A stretch of DNA of 64,000 nt from Squalus acanthias. Taxonomy: Eukaryota. Positions within the stretch are counted from its first letter, which is position 1, and each line of letters begins with the position of its first letter. Made by a program: the position numbers and the translations under genes. Below are positions 32,941-46,330 of this stretch, piece after piece. Under the pieces are notes generated by a model. It was not told where the DNA came from. It ran no database searches and was given only the letters and a program-made list of their open reading frames with translations. The stretch covers positions 68,388,001 to 68,452,000 of the forward strand of contig CM059432.1 in NCBI GenBank assembly GCA_030390025.1, given 5' to 3'.

Positions 32941-35622
32941 CTGTTTATGTTTCTGCCCCTGTCTATGTCTTTGTTGTTATCTGTGCCTTTGTCTATACAA
33001 ATGGCCACAGTCAAAATGCAATATATAACAATGAATGCCACTTGTGGCAGTAATATTCAAACCTGCTTTGAGGCTTATCCAATATGTTACCTTCAGGAGC
33101 AGTCACTGCTTTTATGTTACTGAACATTTTGCTTGCCACTCACATTACTTGTCTCATGCCTCATATGCACTCGGTTTCAAGCAACACTTTTTGGTTGAGC
33201 AGCTGGATAAATGAGTTCTGAACAGCTGTGTGACTTCCAGCACAAGTGCTACTATTTACTGAGCTGAAGGAAACAAAATGCTGTCAGACCAGATGATTGA
33301 AGTGTCAAGCTTTCCCCTCGGGGTAGAGACGAAGGGTAGGCTACACATCTGTCTGATATTCCACCCACAGGCTCAGTGTAAAAACTGATGTTTGTTGCTG
33401 GCAGGCTGAATCTTCAGCATGCAGGCTTAGGATTGGAGTACAATCACCTTGCAATACTCAGTGTTGCTACAGGCTAAAAGTGCACTCAACGTACTGCGTG
33501 AGAATGACATTATCGAGTGAAAAACACCCACCATTCCCCCAATAATTCAGTGGGTTAATACATCAACTAAAATGGTATTGAGTCATACAGGCCGGGAAAG
33601 ATCCAGACCATAGGATTTAAGGAGACATTGGAATTTGGGAGAATTTAAACAAAGTTGGGGTTATTTGGAAGAGAGTTCCAGAATGCATAAAAAGAAAGAA
33701 AACCTTGTATTTATATAATGCTTTATCACATTATTAGCATTGAATAATTACAACGCTAGAACATTATTTGCAGGATAGGTTCTGTTATTAAAAATAGTGA
33801 AATTGTTGCATGCAGAAAATCATGTGTTTTACAGAATATTGGTGCCAACGAGCTAAATAAGCCTAATGACAATCCTGAAACATTTGGAATGATGGAACAT
33901 TTTTATGATTCCAGTATTGTCTAAAGAAAGCAGCAAATTTTACATTAATTTTTGTATGATGGTACCTCAATGGAGTCCATAGCATGTTAAATTGGTGAAC
34001 TACTTAACCTATTTGATCCATTAAAATTCCAAAGAAGATAAAAGAGATGGACTGTGAAATTCGGAGGTCTAGGGCTAGCTGTTAGGGCCAGTTTTGCTGA
34101 AAACATGGCAGCTGCCTCACTTCCGCCCACTTCTGGCGGGGAGATCGGTAGCGCTGCCGTTGCCTGTGCTCACTCCAGATATTTAGATGAGGCAGATTGT
34201 GACGTCAATGAGTGTGCAACGCTGCTTCATGCAAGATCTGCCATTTTCGACGTCGCTTCTCCATTGAATGCTCTCTCCTAATCACAACCAGCTGACCATG
34301 TGTTGAGCAGCAGGAAGGACCCCCCACCAGCGCTATTTCAAGGGATCATCAACAACTTGCAGCTGACTTGCTTTTTGGTTTCTACTGTCTAAGTTTGTGC
34401 AACTGTTTGGAGCTTTCTAAAGCAATTTAAAGTTGCTGAGGTGACAGAGAGCGTAACTGCAAGTGCAGAACACCTTGCTTCTCATTTAAAGGGTTCTGCT
34501 CATACTACTTGCTCCCAGTCATGGGGGCTTTACTTGCAGCCCCCTCATGCTCGATTATCTTTGGGCGAGGGAGCGGAGGCAGCGAAGAGGAGGACAAGAT
34601 GCTCGCAGAGGGAGGAGGAGGAGGGGCTGGAGGGCTCTCAGCAGGAGGCCTTACGCACCTAGGGTTTTCGGAGAACACTTCTACCTGCACTTAAACCAGG
34701 AGCAGTGTATTCGGAGGCTCCACTTCTCCAAGGAGGTGGACACAGAACTCTGCCACCACCTGCAACCAGGCATACAGCCTCAGATCAGGGCAACCACAGC
34801 TCTCCCAGTGGCCCTCAAGGTAACAGTGGCCCTCAATTTTTTCATCACCAGATGCTTCCAGTCTGGAGCAGGAGACATAGCTAACATCTCCCAGTTCGCC
34901 ATCCATCGCTGCATCCGAGAGGTCACAGAGGCTCTATACTCCAGGAGAATGGATTTCATTGCCTCCTCTCTGAACAGAGAGAAGCAGGAGGAGTGAGCAT
35001 GTGGCTTTGCCAGGATAGCGGTCTTCCCCATGGTTCAGGGCGCCATCGACTGCACACATGTGGTTTTGCGAGCACCGCATACCAATCCTCAAGCAACAGT
35101 TCCGCTGCCTTGACCACTCAGGAGGAGCCCTCCAGTGCACGCTGGAGTGGGTGTCCCATTTTGTGGTGGTCTGCTGCATGCTCCACAAATTGGCCATCAT
35201 GAGAGCGCAGCCCTTGCCACCAGGGATTGCCGGACCACCTCAGGAGGAGCAAGAGGAGGCAGATAGCACATCCCCGTTCCGGACAGGCTGCCCATGAGTG
35301 CCTCATCAGAGTCCAGTTCCAGTGAATGAAACCACAGATCCTAGTTGCTCAACACTTCCCCATCTTAGCATCACTCTGTCATGGAACATCACAGCGTGCT
35401 CCTGGGCACAAAGCTGAAATGAGAGCCACCACACACATTCCAAATATAATTTATAAATTTATGAAATTCAAATCAAAAGAACAAAGTCAACTAATCATCC
35501 TTGTGCATTCCCTTAGTGTCTGTCTTTCATGTGCCTTTTCCTACTCTAGTGCTCCTACGAAGTGCTCCCCCAAAGGCTGCAGAATGGCTGGTGGAAGGCT
35601 GCTGACTTTCAGTGGGGGAGAC

Positions 35623-35840
35623 TGATGTAAGAAAACTACTAGGCACTTGGTCTAAGCGTTAAACAAAGCTTTAATCAACTGTTTTTCAACATGGAGATCT
35701 AGTTGTGTCCTTCACTAGTTCCTGTTGCGGAATGTCCTAAGCAAGCTGGGCCCATGCCCGAGTATTTATACTCTCCCTGGACAGCGCCACCAGCAGGCCA
35801 CCCAGTATTACTTCATACATGAATAACAAGATTCATGTCA
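35623..35840 (-). mobile_element. Solo LTR (218 bp) related to the LTR at 2148-2362, TSD GAGAC
   Basis: TG...CA ends, GAGAC at 35618-35622 and 35841-35845. Shares blocks such as GTCCAGGGAG(AG)TATAAATACTC-GGCATGGGCCCA and GTTGATTAAAGC. Confidence 0.9.
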
Positions 35841-36049
35841 GAGACTATAGATGGCCTTGCAGGATGACCTCGAGCAGCTCGGCCCTAGAAGGCCCATCTG
35901 TAGACTGCACCACCTCAGCATGGACTGCAGCAGTCTGGGCTGGCTGGATGATAGGCAGCAGCAAGGGCATTGGCGGGGTGGTAGTGGTGGGAGCAGGAAT
36001 ACTGTCATCCTGAGAAATGACAGCAGGTTCTTGCTCCACAGACCCACTG

Positions 36050-36475
36050 CCTCCTCTGTTCCAAAGAAAACAACCCCAGCCTATCCAATCTTTCCTCATA
36101 GCTAAAATTCTCCAGTTCTAGCAACATCCTCGTAAATCTCCTCTGTACCTGCTCTAGTGCAATCACGTCTTTCCTGTAATGTGGTGACCAGAACTGTACG
36201 CAGTATTCTAGCTGTGGCCTAACTCGAGTTTTATAAAGTTCAAGCATAACCTCCCTGCTCTTATATTCTGTACCTCGGCTAATAAAGGAAAGTGTCCCGT
36301 ATGCCTTCTTAACCACCTTATCTATCTGTCCTGCTACCTACAGGGATCTGTGGACATGTACTCCAAGATCCCTTTTGTTCCTCTACACTTCTTAGTATCC
36401 TACCATTTATTGTGTATTCCCTTGATTTGTTAGCCCTCCCCAAATGCATGACCTCACACTTCTCCGGATTGAATT
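36050..36475 (-). mobile_element. CR1 fragment inside the Harbinger
   Basis: FNPEKCEVMHLG...KKAYGTLSFISRG...VRPQLEYCVQFWSPHYRKD. Confidence 0.85.
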
Positions 36476-38315
36476 TGCTGATGCATTCACTCATCTTGAC
36501 CGCTCGTGTGAGGTCATTAACCTTTTTGCTGCACTGGATCCAGGTCCTGGGGACAACACTCATCGCAGTGACGGATTGAGCGATCTCCTCCCAGATCCTT
36601 CTTGTGGTCATCCTTGAAGGCTTCTTGCCCCCCTGCGGGTAGAGGACGTCATGGCATCGTTGGACCACCAGGACGAAGGCCTCCAGTGTCACAACAGAAA
36701 ATCGTTTAGCACTTTCTCTCGGCTATTGGGCCTTGGCTTCCTTTCAACTGACAATGAGGTGCTTCTGCAACTAAGCACCTCCCCTTTAAATACTAGAGAG
36801 AGCCTAGGCCAAACTTTATTGGCCAGTAGACTGCACCCGATATTGGCCGCCCCATTGAGCACTAAGCCAATCAGCAACATGTTTAGCACTGAGATCAGCG
36901 CTGCAATCATGTTCATGAGCAGGCAGCACAAATTTTGCGTGCTGTCTGCACCACTTTGAACGGGCGCAGGCAAACAGCACTGGGCGATGCCCCCACCCAT
37001 TTTCCGGCCTTGTCCAATTTCTAGACCTTGATGTTGATGTTGGACAGGCTGTTGGAATTATAAAAGGTGACAAGTAGGATTGGAACCAGAGAGGGGGTGG
37101 AGGATATACAATAGACCTGATTCAGCAGAGCAGAGGGCACAGCTGATATCAGAGACCACGATAGTGGTTAAAGAAGGTGGTTTGAAGTGGAAAAGAGAAG
37201 TTTGCGCTGCCTTGACCTTCCAGATGATCCTGGAGTTATAAGAGGAATTGACCATGAAGAGGGGAGTGGGAGATGTTAACTGAAGTGGTTGGTAACAAGG
37301 CCATGTGTGCTCAAGATACCAGGTGTCCTGCTGGATTCGCACGGGAATGAGCTCAGGTAAATTGCTCCTCCCCAGGTGGTCAGCCCACAAACTCATTGTC
37401 CAGCCTCAGGCACGAAGAAAAATAAAAAAGGAAAACTGAAAAAAACACAGCAAGTCAGTCAGCACCCGCAACCCGAAAAGATAGATTAGGACAGTTTAGG
37501 TGAGTACCCTTCATCAGAACTGAAGACTGCAAAATAGACAGGCACTTCAGTGTGGTTGGAAAACATGACGAGAAAAAGTGGGTAGCAACAGATACAGCAA
37601 TCAGAGAGAGGGTGTAGGTTAAATAGTGAAAACTACTTCATTGAAAACAGTTGAATATAAAAGATCATGGCTGGGAAATTCCTTGGAGCTGCTCCCACTT
37701 CGCTGCCGTTACTTTGCCGGACATGCGCTGGAAGTCCAGTTTACACGCGGGGGACAGGAGATGAAATAATACAGGAGTGGTCGGGGAAAATGAAAGCAAG
37801 AGAAAATAAGGAAAAATTGCAGCAGAAATCAAATTAAAACAGAAAATACAAGCAAAACATGGTGGATCTAGTCAGTTGCAAAATAAAAAGAAGAGATGCA
37901 CATCATGGCTCATCCCCTGTTTACAGATGCTGACTGACAAGCTGTTTATTTCCAGTATCTTCTGATTTTATGAAGAATGTGCACCTGATTAAGATAGCAG
38001 AAGCCTCCTGGTGCCACTGAAGCCTTACCCCAGCATGATTTATCACCTTCATGAGAGAAGGAGAACAAGTTGAGGGAAAAAAAAACACTGTTGTTCACTA
38101 TTATTCATAGTCCTAGAATATGAGAGCAAACCGTCTGAAGGTATTGCTTTAATGTGCTGTACCTTGGAGAGATAGGTTGTACACTTTATACATGAATAGT
38201 ACAAATATAACAACACAAATTTTGCGTGCTGCCTGCACCACTGAGAACGGGCGCAGGCAAATAGCGCTGGACCGTGACACTGCCCGTTTTTGGGCCTTAT
38301 CCAATTTCTAGGCCC

Positions 38316-38900
38316 AGAACTGTGTACAGTACTCTAAGTGCGGCCTGACCAGGGTCCTATGCAGGTTTAACATAACTTCACTACTTTTGAATTCTATGCC
38401 ACTAGAAATAAATCCCAGTGCTTTGTTAGCATTTTTAATTCGCTTTTAACGATTTTTTTCACATGTATCCCTAGATCTCTTTGCTCTTCCACCCCATTCA
38501 GTTTCTTATTTTCTAGGGAAGGTGATAATAGCATAAGAACGTAAGAAATAGGAGCAGGAATAGGCCATATGGCCCCTCAAGCCTGCTCCACCATTCAATA
38601 AGATCATGGCTCATCTTCGACCTCAACTCCACTTTCCCGCTTGATCCCCATATCCCTTGATTCCCCTAGAGTCCAAAAATCTATCATTCTCAGCCTTGAA
38701 TATAATCAACAACTGAGCCTCTACAGCCCTCTGGGGTAGAGAATTCCAAAGATTCACAACCCTCTGAGTGAAGAAATTTCTCCTCATCTCAGTCCTAAAT
38801 GGCCGACCCTTTATCCTGAGACTATGTCCCCTAGTTCTAGACTCTCCAGCCAGGAGAAACAGCTTCTCAGCATCTATCCTGTCAAGCCCTCTCAGAACCT
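38316..38900 (-). mobile_element. CR1 fragments (including a 3' end at 38533-38900)
   Basis: CATAAGAAC-type tail at 38533 and a CR1 3' UTR matching 52942-53320. Confidence 0.8.
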
Positions 38901-39854
38901 CATGATATTCGATTAGGCCCTAAAGCAGGCAGTGCCACTGTGGGCCAAGGTTAACAGCAGCCCGCACAAAGACCACAGGCAGCACCGTTATTGTGGTGCT
39001 GCCTGCTGATTGAAATGAACTGAGCGCAGAATCTCCTGTGCAACACGCTCTTTCCGGCAGTACCCTCAGCAGGAGGCCGAAGCTCACGTCAAAAGGATTG
39101 GTGCGGCGTTCTCGGGCAATGTGCTGTTTGGGATAATTTGGTGGCGGCTCTTGGGTTTTGCTGGGTCAGGAGGTATCAAGTCCGCTGCTGGTCCTTGTAG
39201 GGTTGGAATATTGTGCGTTGTGGCACATTAGGAGGCATTTGTTTGTCCACGGCTCCCCTCTTACTTTGTCGGACATTTGTCTGGGTCTTATGTGGGGTCC
39301 AGAAATGGGTACCAGACTGCCTGGAACTCCCACCCTTGCTGGCTGCCATAACTCCACAGATGTTTCACCACAATGTTTGCTGTGTGGAGATTTGTGGTCC
39401 ACCATGGAGCTGGAGGGGGATCGGGAAGTGGATGCACCATCTTGCAGCTAACAGTGGCAGTATAGGGGATTCACTCCTTGGTGAGTGGGTCTTAAAGCAC
39501 AGGCTCAGGTCTGGAGGGAGTGTGACTAGAAACACCACATAAAGACTGTGGCATAGATGTCCTTAAACCGTTGCACGAGAAATCAATTGAAATAATTTTT
39601 TTTAAAAGGGAAACATGAACCTCTTGGTCAGGAGTCTACTGGTAGAAATCGTGCAGAAGAGGGTTCAGTTAAATTTTTAACAACAGCAGACTTTTGAAGA
39701 ACTCGGTGAGAATATGGTATTAAGCTTTTTAAAAAGAGACTTCCAAACTTTGCATATTATTTTATCAGTTCCTAAGCTAGAAAACCTACTGTATAAGATT
39801 TAAGGAAATGCAGCTTTGATTTTCCTGAGATTATTACAACTGTAGTGCAGTATA

Positions 39855-40627
39855 AAAACAGAAAATGCTGGAAATACTCAGCAGGTCAGGCAGCATCTGT
39901 GGAGAGAGAAATAGAGTTACCGATTCAGGTCGATGACCCTTCGTTAGAACTGGAAAAAGTTAGAGATGTAACAAATTTTTAAGTAAGTGCAGGGGCAGGG
40001 AAAGGGAGGAGGGGAGGAAAGAACAAAAGGGAAGGTCTGTGATAGGATGGAAGGCAGGAGAGATTAAAAGACAAAAGGGATGATGATGCAAGGCAAAAGA
40101 AGATGGTAATGGGAAAAGTTAAGAAACAAAAGACGACTCGAGATGAGGTATAATGGGAATGGCAGAATCATCAACAGCTGCCATGTGAGAGAAAAAAAGA
40201 AAAAAGTAAAAAATAAACAAAAAAATTAGGGGCCGAGGTTATAGTCTGAAATTGTTGAACTCGATGTTGAGTCCAGAAGGCTGTAAAGTGCCTAATCGAA
40301 AGATGAGGTGCTGTTCCTCGAGCTTATGTTGATCTTTGTTGGAACAGTGTAAGAGGCCGAGAATGGAGAGGTCAGAATGGGAGTGGAGCGGAGAATTAAA
40401 GTGGCAGGTGACCGGAAGTTTGGGATCACGTTTACGGACCGAACGGAGGTGTTCCGCAAAGCGGTCGCCCAATCTGCATTTGATCTCCCCAATGTAGAGG
40501 AGACCGCATCGTGAGCAGTGTACTAAATTGCAAGAAATACAAGTAAATCGCTGTTTCACCTGGAAGGAGTGTTTGGGGCCCTGGGCAATGGGAAGGGAGG
40601 AGGTAAAAGGGCAGGTGTTGCATATAG
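39855..40627 (-). mobile_element. 5'-truncated Penelope-like element with GIY-YIG domain, 14-bp TSD
   Basis: ORF 40239-40559 reads CSRCGLLYIGEIKCRLGDRFAEH...CHFNS...EEQHLIFRLGTLQPSGLN. Flanks are TGTAGTGCAGTATA (39841-39854) and TGTAGTGTAGTATA (40628-40641). Decayed hammerhead at ~39913-39951. Confidence 0.88.
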
Positions 40628-41659
40628 TGTAGTGTAGTATAGTTTATTTTAAAAGTATTTACCTCCTGTAATGTTTGAGTGACCAGGGGAGAGATTTGAT
40701 GCATCCCATTGGAAGCAGTTTTCACTCCAATTACATAGTCTGAGCTCTCCATAGTTACCAGTTATCTCAGCAGCTGTTTACTGAACGGTTTATAGCTCAC
40801 CTCTGCTTTCCCCCGGCTCTACGCGCTGTCAATGGCTGCACGCATGGACATGTTTTGGAGAGGGCGGTAAGAGGAGCAGCGTGGTCCAAAATGGATGAGT
40901 GTGCGTCAATTCAGTGTTGGCCACCGATTGACGTCATGCTCCTGGTAATTAAAATACTTGCTGCGAGTGTAGGCAACGGCAGCGCTGCCAACCTGCTCAA
41001 TATGGCGGTTGCCGCGTTCTGCGCCAGCTGCGGGCGGAAGCGAGGCGCCCCCATTTTTTCTACAAAACCAGCCTTAATGCCCGGCATTAAAGCATCGAAT
41101 TTCTAGCCCTATATGTTTCAATGAGATCTCCTCTCATACTTCTAATCTCCAGAGTGTATAAGCCCATTCTATTCAATCTCTCCTCAAAGGACAACCCTCT
41201 CATCCCAGGATGTTTCTGCTTTTATTACCAAAGTGCATCATCTCATATTTATCTATGTTAAAGTTCATTTGCCACTTAACTGCCCAGTGTGCAAGTTTTC
41301 TGGAAAAAAAGATTCTGAGAAATTCCTCTCCGACTCCCAAAGGAGATCAAAACGAGTTCCAGGAGGCCTCATGAGGCACAACACCCAACATCCCACCTAT
41401 ATCAGCCTCAGCCAGGATCTCATCCAGCTCCATTTTGAATGTTTACAATGAATCCACACCCATTGGATGAGCTGGCAGAGACTGATGAACCTCTGCGAAA
41501 AGAAAAATCTCCTGACATCAAACCTCATTCTATGCTTACATGTCTTATATGCACGTCCCCCTGGTTCTCGCTAACCTATCTAATTCAAATATCTATACAC
41601 CTGGACACAATCCCTTCTTTATTTTAAAGTCCTCAATTAAATCTCCCTGAGGTTGGTGC

Positions 41660-42330
41660 TTTTCCAGAGTAAAACGACTATTGCGATAACTAAGGACTTT
41701 TAAACTAGGTATCGTTCTAGTTGCCCTCCTCTGAACCTTTTTTAGGGCCTCTATATCACTCACCAGGTGAGGGGACTAAAACTAGATACAGTATTCTAAA
41801 TGAGGCCTAACCTACATCTTGCACAAGGACATTATGGTGCTCTTTGTTTTACATTGGATCACCTTTGCAAAACATCCCAATTCTCTATTAGCTATTACTA
41901 TAGCCTCATGGCACGGGCCGTGAACATTTAGAGACCCATGTATTATAACAGCTAGGTCTATTTCCTGCCCAATAGATTTTAGTTTCAATTTAGAGCCCTG
42001 TATGGTCATACATATGCTTGCCGTTATCCCATACCCATGTGCATAACACTATATTTATCTACACTATATGTCACCTGCTAGATGCGGAACCACTCCCCCG
42101 TTGCATCTAGAGCTGACAAGTCTTTTTTTCTCATCCAAGGTTCAAACACCAGCACAAATCTTTGTGTCATCCACAAACTTACTGACAGTTCACCAATGCC
42201 TTCATCCAGATCATTAATATAGATGATGAAGAGCAACAGTCCTCATATCGATCCCTGAGAGTACTCCACTAGTAACTAGTTTCCACACAGAACCATGACC
42301 ATGAATAATAACCCTCTGCCTACGGCAATA
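41660..42330 (-). mobile_element. Old CR1 RT fragment
   Basis: Minus-strand remnants of VTSGVL...SKFVDDTK...VRPHLEYC motifs. Confidence 0.7.
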
Positions 42331-42560
42331 CAGTCCTGACCAGCAGCTAATGCATGTCAAAGAGAGTTATCCTCCTTACACCAGGCACCTATGTACTTTA
42401 TATTGGAGACAATGAATTGCATATACAGCCAATGTTCAAGCCAGGAATGAGTGGAAATCAGAGTCTGGGGAGGCAGACCAGGAGCAATTGGGAGTCAGAG
42501 GCAGACAGCTGAGTCAAAGGTCAAAGGCTGGAGCAGTGGACTCGGAGTGGTGGAAGTTGG

Positions 42561-42670
42561 AGGTTGGAGAGGCAGGCCAAGAGCAGATGCTAGTTGGAGG
42601 TTGCAGAGGTTGGAGAGGCAGGCCAAGAGCAGATGCTAGTTGGAGGTTGCAGAAGCTGGAGAGGCAGGCC
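42561..42670 (+). repeat. 46-bp tandem repeat, ~2.4 copies
   Basis: AGGTTGGAGAGGCAGGCCAAGAGCAGATGCTAGTTGGAGGTTGCAG occurs at 42561 and 42607, followed by a partial third copy. Confidence 0.9.
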
Positions 42671-43307
42671 AGGAACATTTCAACTGGAAGAGTGCACTCT
42701 CCCACTTCTCATGGTGAGGTAGGGCTACTGTCTGAAACTAAAGGCCTCTAACATCCTAGATAAAGCAGCCACCCATGAATTATGAAGAATTCGGCAGATC
42801 CAGTGGGTGGCTACAATAGACAAGTTCCACTGTGTAGAGACTCATAAATAAGCTGCTTTGTCTTAACCCAGAATTAGTAAGACTTGGTAGGTTTGACCTC
42901 CAGTCTTACATTGATAATGACGCTGAAGAGATAAGTTTTGACTTATTTCCATAACTATATTTATTCCTAATTGTTCAAAGGACTCATTCTTTTGTTGGTT
43001 ATATTAATATATATTTGTGGATCTCACTTGGTATTATTCACGATAAGACAGAACATATGCTGTCTTATAAAAAGAGAGCATTATGCATGTACCATCCTGC
43101 TGGCTCCTTTTAACACCACAAGGTTTAATTGCTGTAAATAGATCATGGAATCAATTGTTTCATTGTACAGCTAGCTGTAAATACTTGGCTCCTCCCCAAG
43201 GTCAGAAACCTTAGGGCGGGAAACTCTTCAGAGCTGCTCCCGCTCCACTAGTGTTACTTCACCAGATTATTTTCATCTGTAACAAAGTGTGATGGACACT
43301 ACCACCT

Positions 43308-43466
<159 letters not shown>

Positions 43467-43559
43467 TGGGGTAGCACAAAATGGGCAATAGCAAATCGAC
43501 TTCAATGGAAAGGAAAATTGGGCATGGTGTAAAACGGGCTGCCACATCGCTATCACCAA

Positions 43560-45280
43560 TTGTGCAGGTCTTGCTGCATGCGGGCATGGACTGTTTCATT
43601 AGCTGAGGAGTTACGAATGAAATTGAACTGTGCAATCATCAGTGAACATCCCCATTTCTGACTTTATGATTGAGTGAAGGTCATTGATGAAGCAGCTGAA
43701 GAGGTTGGGCCTAGGACACTGCCCTAGGAACTCCTGCAGTGATGTCCTGGGGCTGAGATGATTTGCCTCCAACAACCACAACCATCTTCCTTTGTGCTAG
43801 GTATGACTCCAGCCAGTGGAGAATTTTCCCCTGATTCCCATTGACTTCAATTTTACTAGGGCTCCTTGATGCCACACTCGGTCAAATGCTGCCTTAATGT
43901 CAAGGGCAATCACTCTCACCTCACCTCTGGAATTCCGCTCTTTTGTTCATTTTTGGACCAAGGCTGTAATGAGATCTGGAGCCGAGTGGTCCTGGGGAAC
44001 CCAAACTGAACAGTGGTGAGCAGGTTATTGGTGAGTAAGTGATGCTTGATAGCACTGTCGACAACACCTTCCATCACTTAGCTGATGATTGAGAGTAGAC
44101 TGATGGGGCGGTAATTGGCCGGCTTGGATTTGTCCTGCTTTTTGTGGACAGGACATACCTGGGCAGTTTTCCACATTGTCGGATAGATGCCAGTGTTGTA
44201 GCTGTACTGGAACAGCTTGGCTAGAGGCATAGCCAATTCTGGAGCACAAGTCTTCAGCACGACAGCCGGATGTTGTCAGGGCCCATAGCCTTTGCTGTAT
44301 CCAGTACACTCAGCCGTTTCTTGATATTGGCCCAAAAATTAGTCCCGCGACGCGAGAGTACGCACTGCGTACTCTCGCGTATTCTGTCTCCAATTGCCGG
44401 TTTTCTGCATGCACTGCGCATGCGCTGAAAACCGGCACTTGGTTTTTGGAAAAGGGGGCGGTTCCTCGGTGCACCGCGTGCGCGCTACAGGCTGCGCGCA
44501 CGCTGTGCACTTAGTGCTTTGGACGCGCAGGTAAGGACGGAAGATTTTAGAAATGAAAAAAGGAGGAGTAAGACCCACTTTTAACAAGTAGTGAATTAAG
44601 TATTATTTTGATTTTTTTTTAACAGGTATATCTTTTTTAGAGACTTTAAAGACAGGTAAGTTTATTTTTATAACTTTTTAAAAGATTTTAAATTTTTTCA
44701 AAAATTTAATTTTTTATTTAAAATGGTTAATTTATTTAACTATACTTATTTTATTAATGTGATGGTTTTTTTTTATTTAATTGAGGTTTAGCTGTTATTT
44801 TGGGGGTGTGTAAGATTCATAGCTTTCACAGCACTTATGTGAAACTTATGAATGGAAGATGGTGTGCTGCCATTGGCTCTAACTGAGTCACGTGATCCCA
44901 CAGCTCGCACGAATTCACTACGCCGGTGGGATACGCAAGCACTGCCCAGCTGATGTCTAGAACATCAAGTTCGTGCGAGCTGGATCTGAAAAAGCCAACG
45001 CGGAGTGAGAGATCGCGGGGAAGCCTTACCCCCGCGTCAACACTCAGTCTTTAATTTCTGGGCCATTACGTGGAGTGAATCGAATTGGCTGAAGACTGGC
45101 TTCTGTGATGGTGGGGACCTCAGGAGGAGACCAAGATCATCCACTCGGCACTTCTGGCTGAAGATGATTACGAATGCTTCAGCCTTGTCTTTTGCACTCA
45201 CGTGCTGGGCTCCACCATCATTGAAGATGGGAATGTTCATGGAGCCTCCTCCTCTTGTTAGTTGTTTAATTATCCACCAC
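43560..45280 (-). mobile_element. CR1/L2-group LINE fragment (same family as 2363-4310) split by a MITE
   Basis: Colinear with 2680-3650. LKTCAPELAMPLAKLFQYSYNTG...WKTAQVCPVHKK...NYRPISLLS. Confidence 0.88.
44329..45064 (+). mobile_element. Harbinger-type MITE (736 bp), TSD ATT
   Basis: GGCCCAAAAATT / AATTTCTGGGCC TIRs. ATT at 44326-44328 and 45065-45067. The LINE rejoins across it. Confidence 0.9.
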
Positions 45281-45918
45281 ACATTAGCTCAAAGAGGGTT
45301 CAGAATAAATGTTTTGCTATGTAGTTATGTAAGAACTAAATAAAGTGATAAGTTGGGTGGAAAATATGATGGAACAGACAATGATAAATGAACTCTTTGC
45401 ATTCGTCATAAATGATGATCATGGTAGAATTTGAGATTTGGTTATCTCAGGAATCTGTAGAGATTGGTAAAAGAAGTTTACAAAGATATGAGATACTTCT
45501 ACAATCTTCAAGGAAATAAGCAAGTAAACAAGTACGACTCTAGCTAATATCTTTGGGGCAATGTCTGAGGTCTGGAAGACAGTATTATTTCAGTATTCAA
45601 TAAAGGAGTGAGGCATGAATTGATAAGCCAGTTACTCTAACATCAGTAGCAGGGAAATGTATAACATACAATGTATTCACTGTTTATATAAAGTAAAGAG
45701 TACAGAGGTCTTAAGGTGTCATCAGGATGGATTTAGTCATGCCAATAAGTCATGCCTCTTGAATCGACTGGAATTCATTGAGGAAGTAACTAAATTAAAG
45801 AGCAAGGGATATTGAACAGATAACATTGGCATCCATCATTCCCTAAGCCTCAATTAAGCACCTTAGGATAGTTTTCTACGACAATGGTGCTATATATAGT
45901 TGCAAGTTATTGTTTCTA

Positions 45919-46330
45919 GTGTCAGCCTTAGCACTCTCACCTCTGGGTCAGAAGGCTGTGGGTTCAAGTCTCACTCCAGAGACTTGAGTAAATAATCCAG
46001 GCTCACACTCCAGTGCAGTACTCCGTGAGTGCTGCACTGTCAGAGGCGCCATCTTTTGGATGAGACGTTAAAGCAAGGCACCTTCTACCCTCTCAGGTGG
46101 TTGTAAAAGATCCCATGGCACTATTCGAAGAAGAGCAGGGGAGTTGTCCTGGGTGTCCTGGTCAGTATTTATCCCTTGACCCACATTACTAAAACATATT
46201 ATCACATGATCTGCTCATTTATCTCATTACTATTTGTGGGTCTTTGCTGTGCGAAAATTGGCTATCATATTTCCCTAAATTTCCCTACATTACAACAGTG
46301 ACTACACTTCAAAATACACTTCATTGGCTG
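45919..46330 (+). mobile_element. Deu-domain SINE with tRNA-derived head
   Basis: B-box GGGTTCAAGTCTC at ~45960, followed by the same core as 32567-32940. Confidence 0.8.

Larger units (their letters stand above)
34049..37026 (+). mobile_element. Decayed two-gene Harbinger (transposase remnant on + at ~34520-35325; Myb remnants on - at 35490-36050 and 36480-36740)
   Basis: RRPYAPRVF...ALPVALKVTVALNFF...FQSGAGDI...VQGAIDCTH...LKQQFRCLDHSGGALQ...CCMLHKLA on +. LEAFVLVVQRCHDVLYP...IWEEIAQ...QCSKKVNDL on -. TIR AATTTCTAGACC at 37015-37026. Confidence 0.85.

Noticed and set aside
37440..37525. Functional hammerheads at ~37500, ~39930 and 30077
   Set aside because: Core boxes are mutated (GAAA lost, CTAACGA/GAAT, CCGACGA). 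Treated as decayed copies.
38900..39560. GC-richer stretch with short ORFs
   Set aside because: Probably an old transposon remnant, but no motif, TIR pair or TSD could be established.
42561..42670. CRISPR-like array
   Set aside because: Head-to-tail repeats without spacers, in a eukaryotic context.
45930..45990. tRNA gene (also ~5920-6000 on the minus strand)
   Set aside because: A B-box is present but no cloverleaf is evident. It is the head of a SINE.
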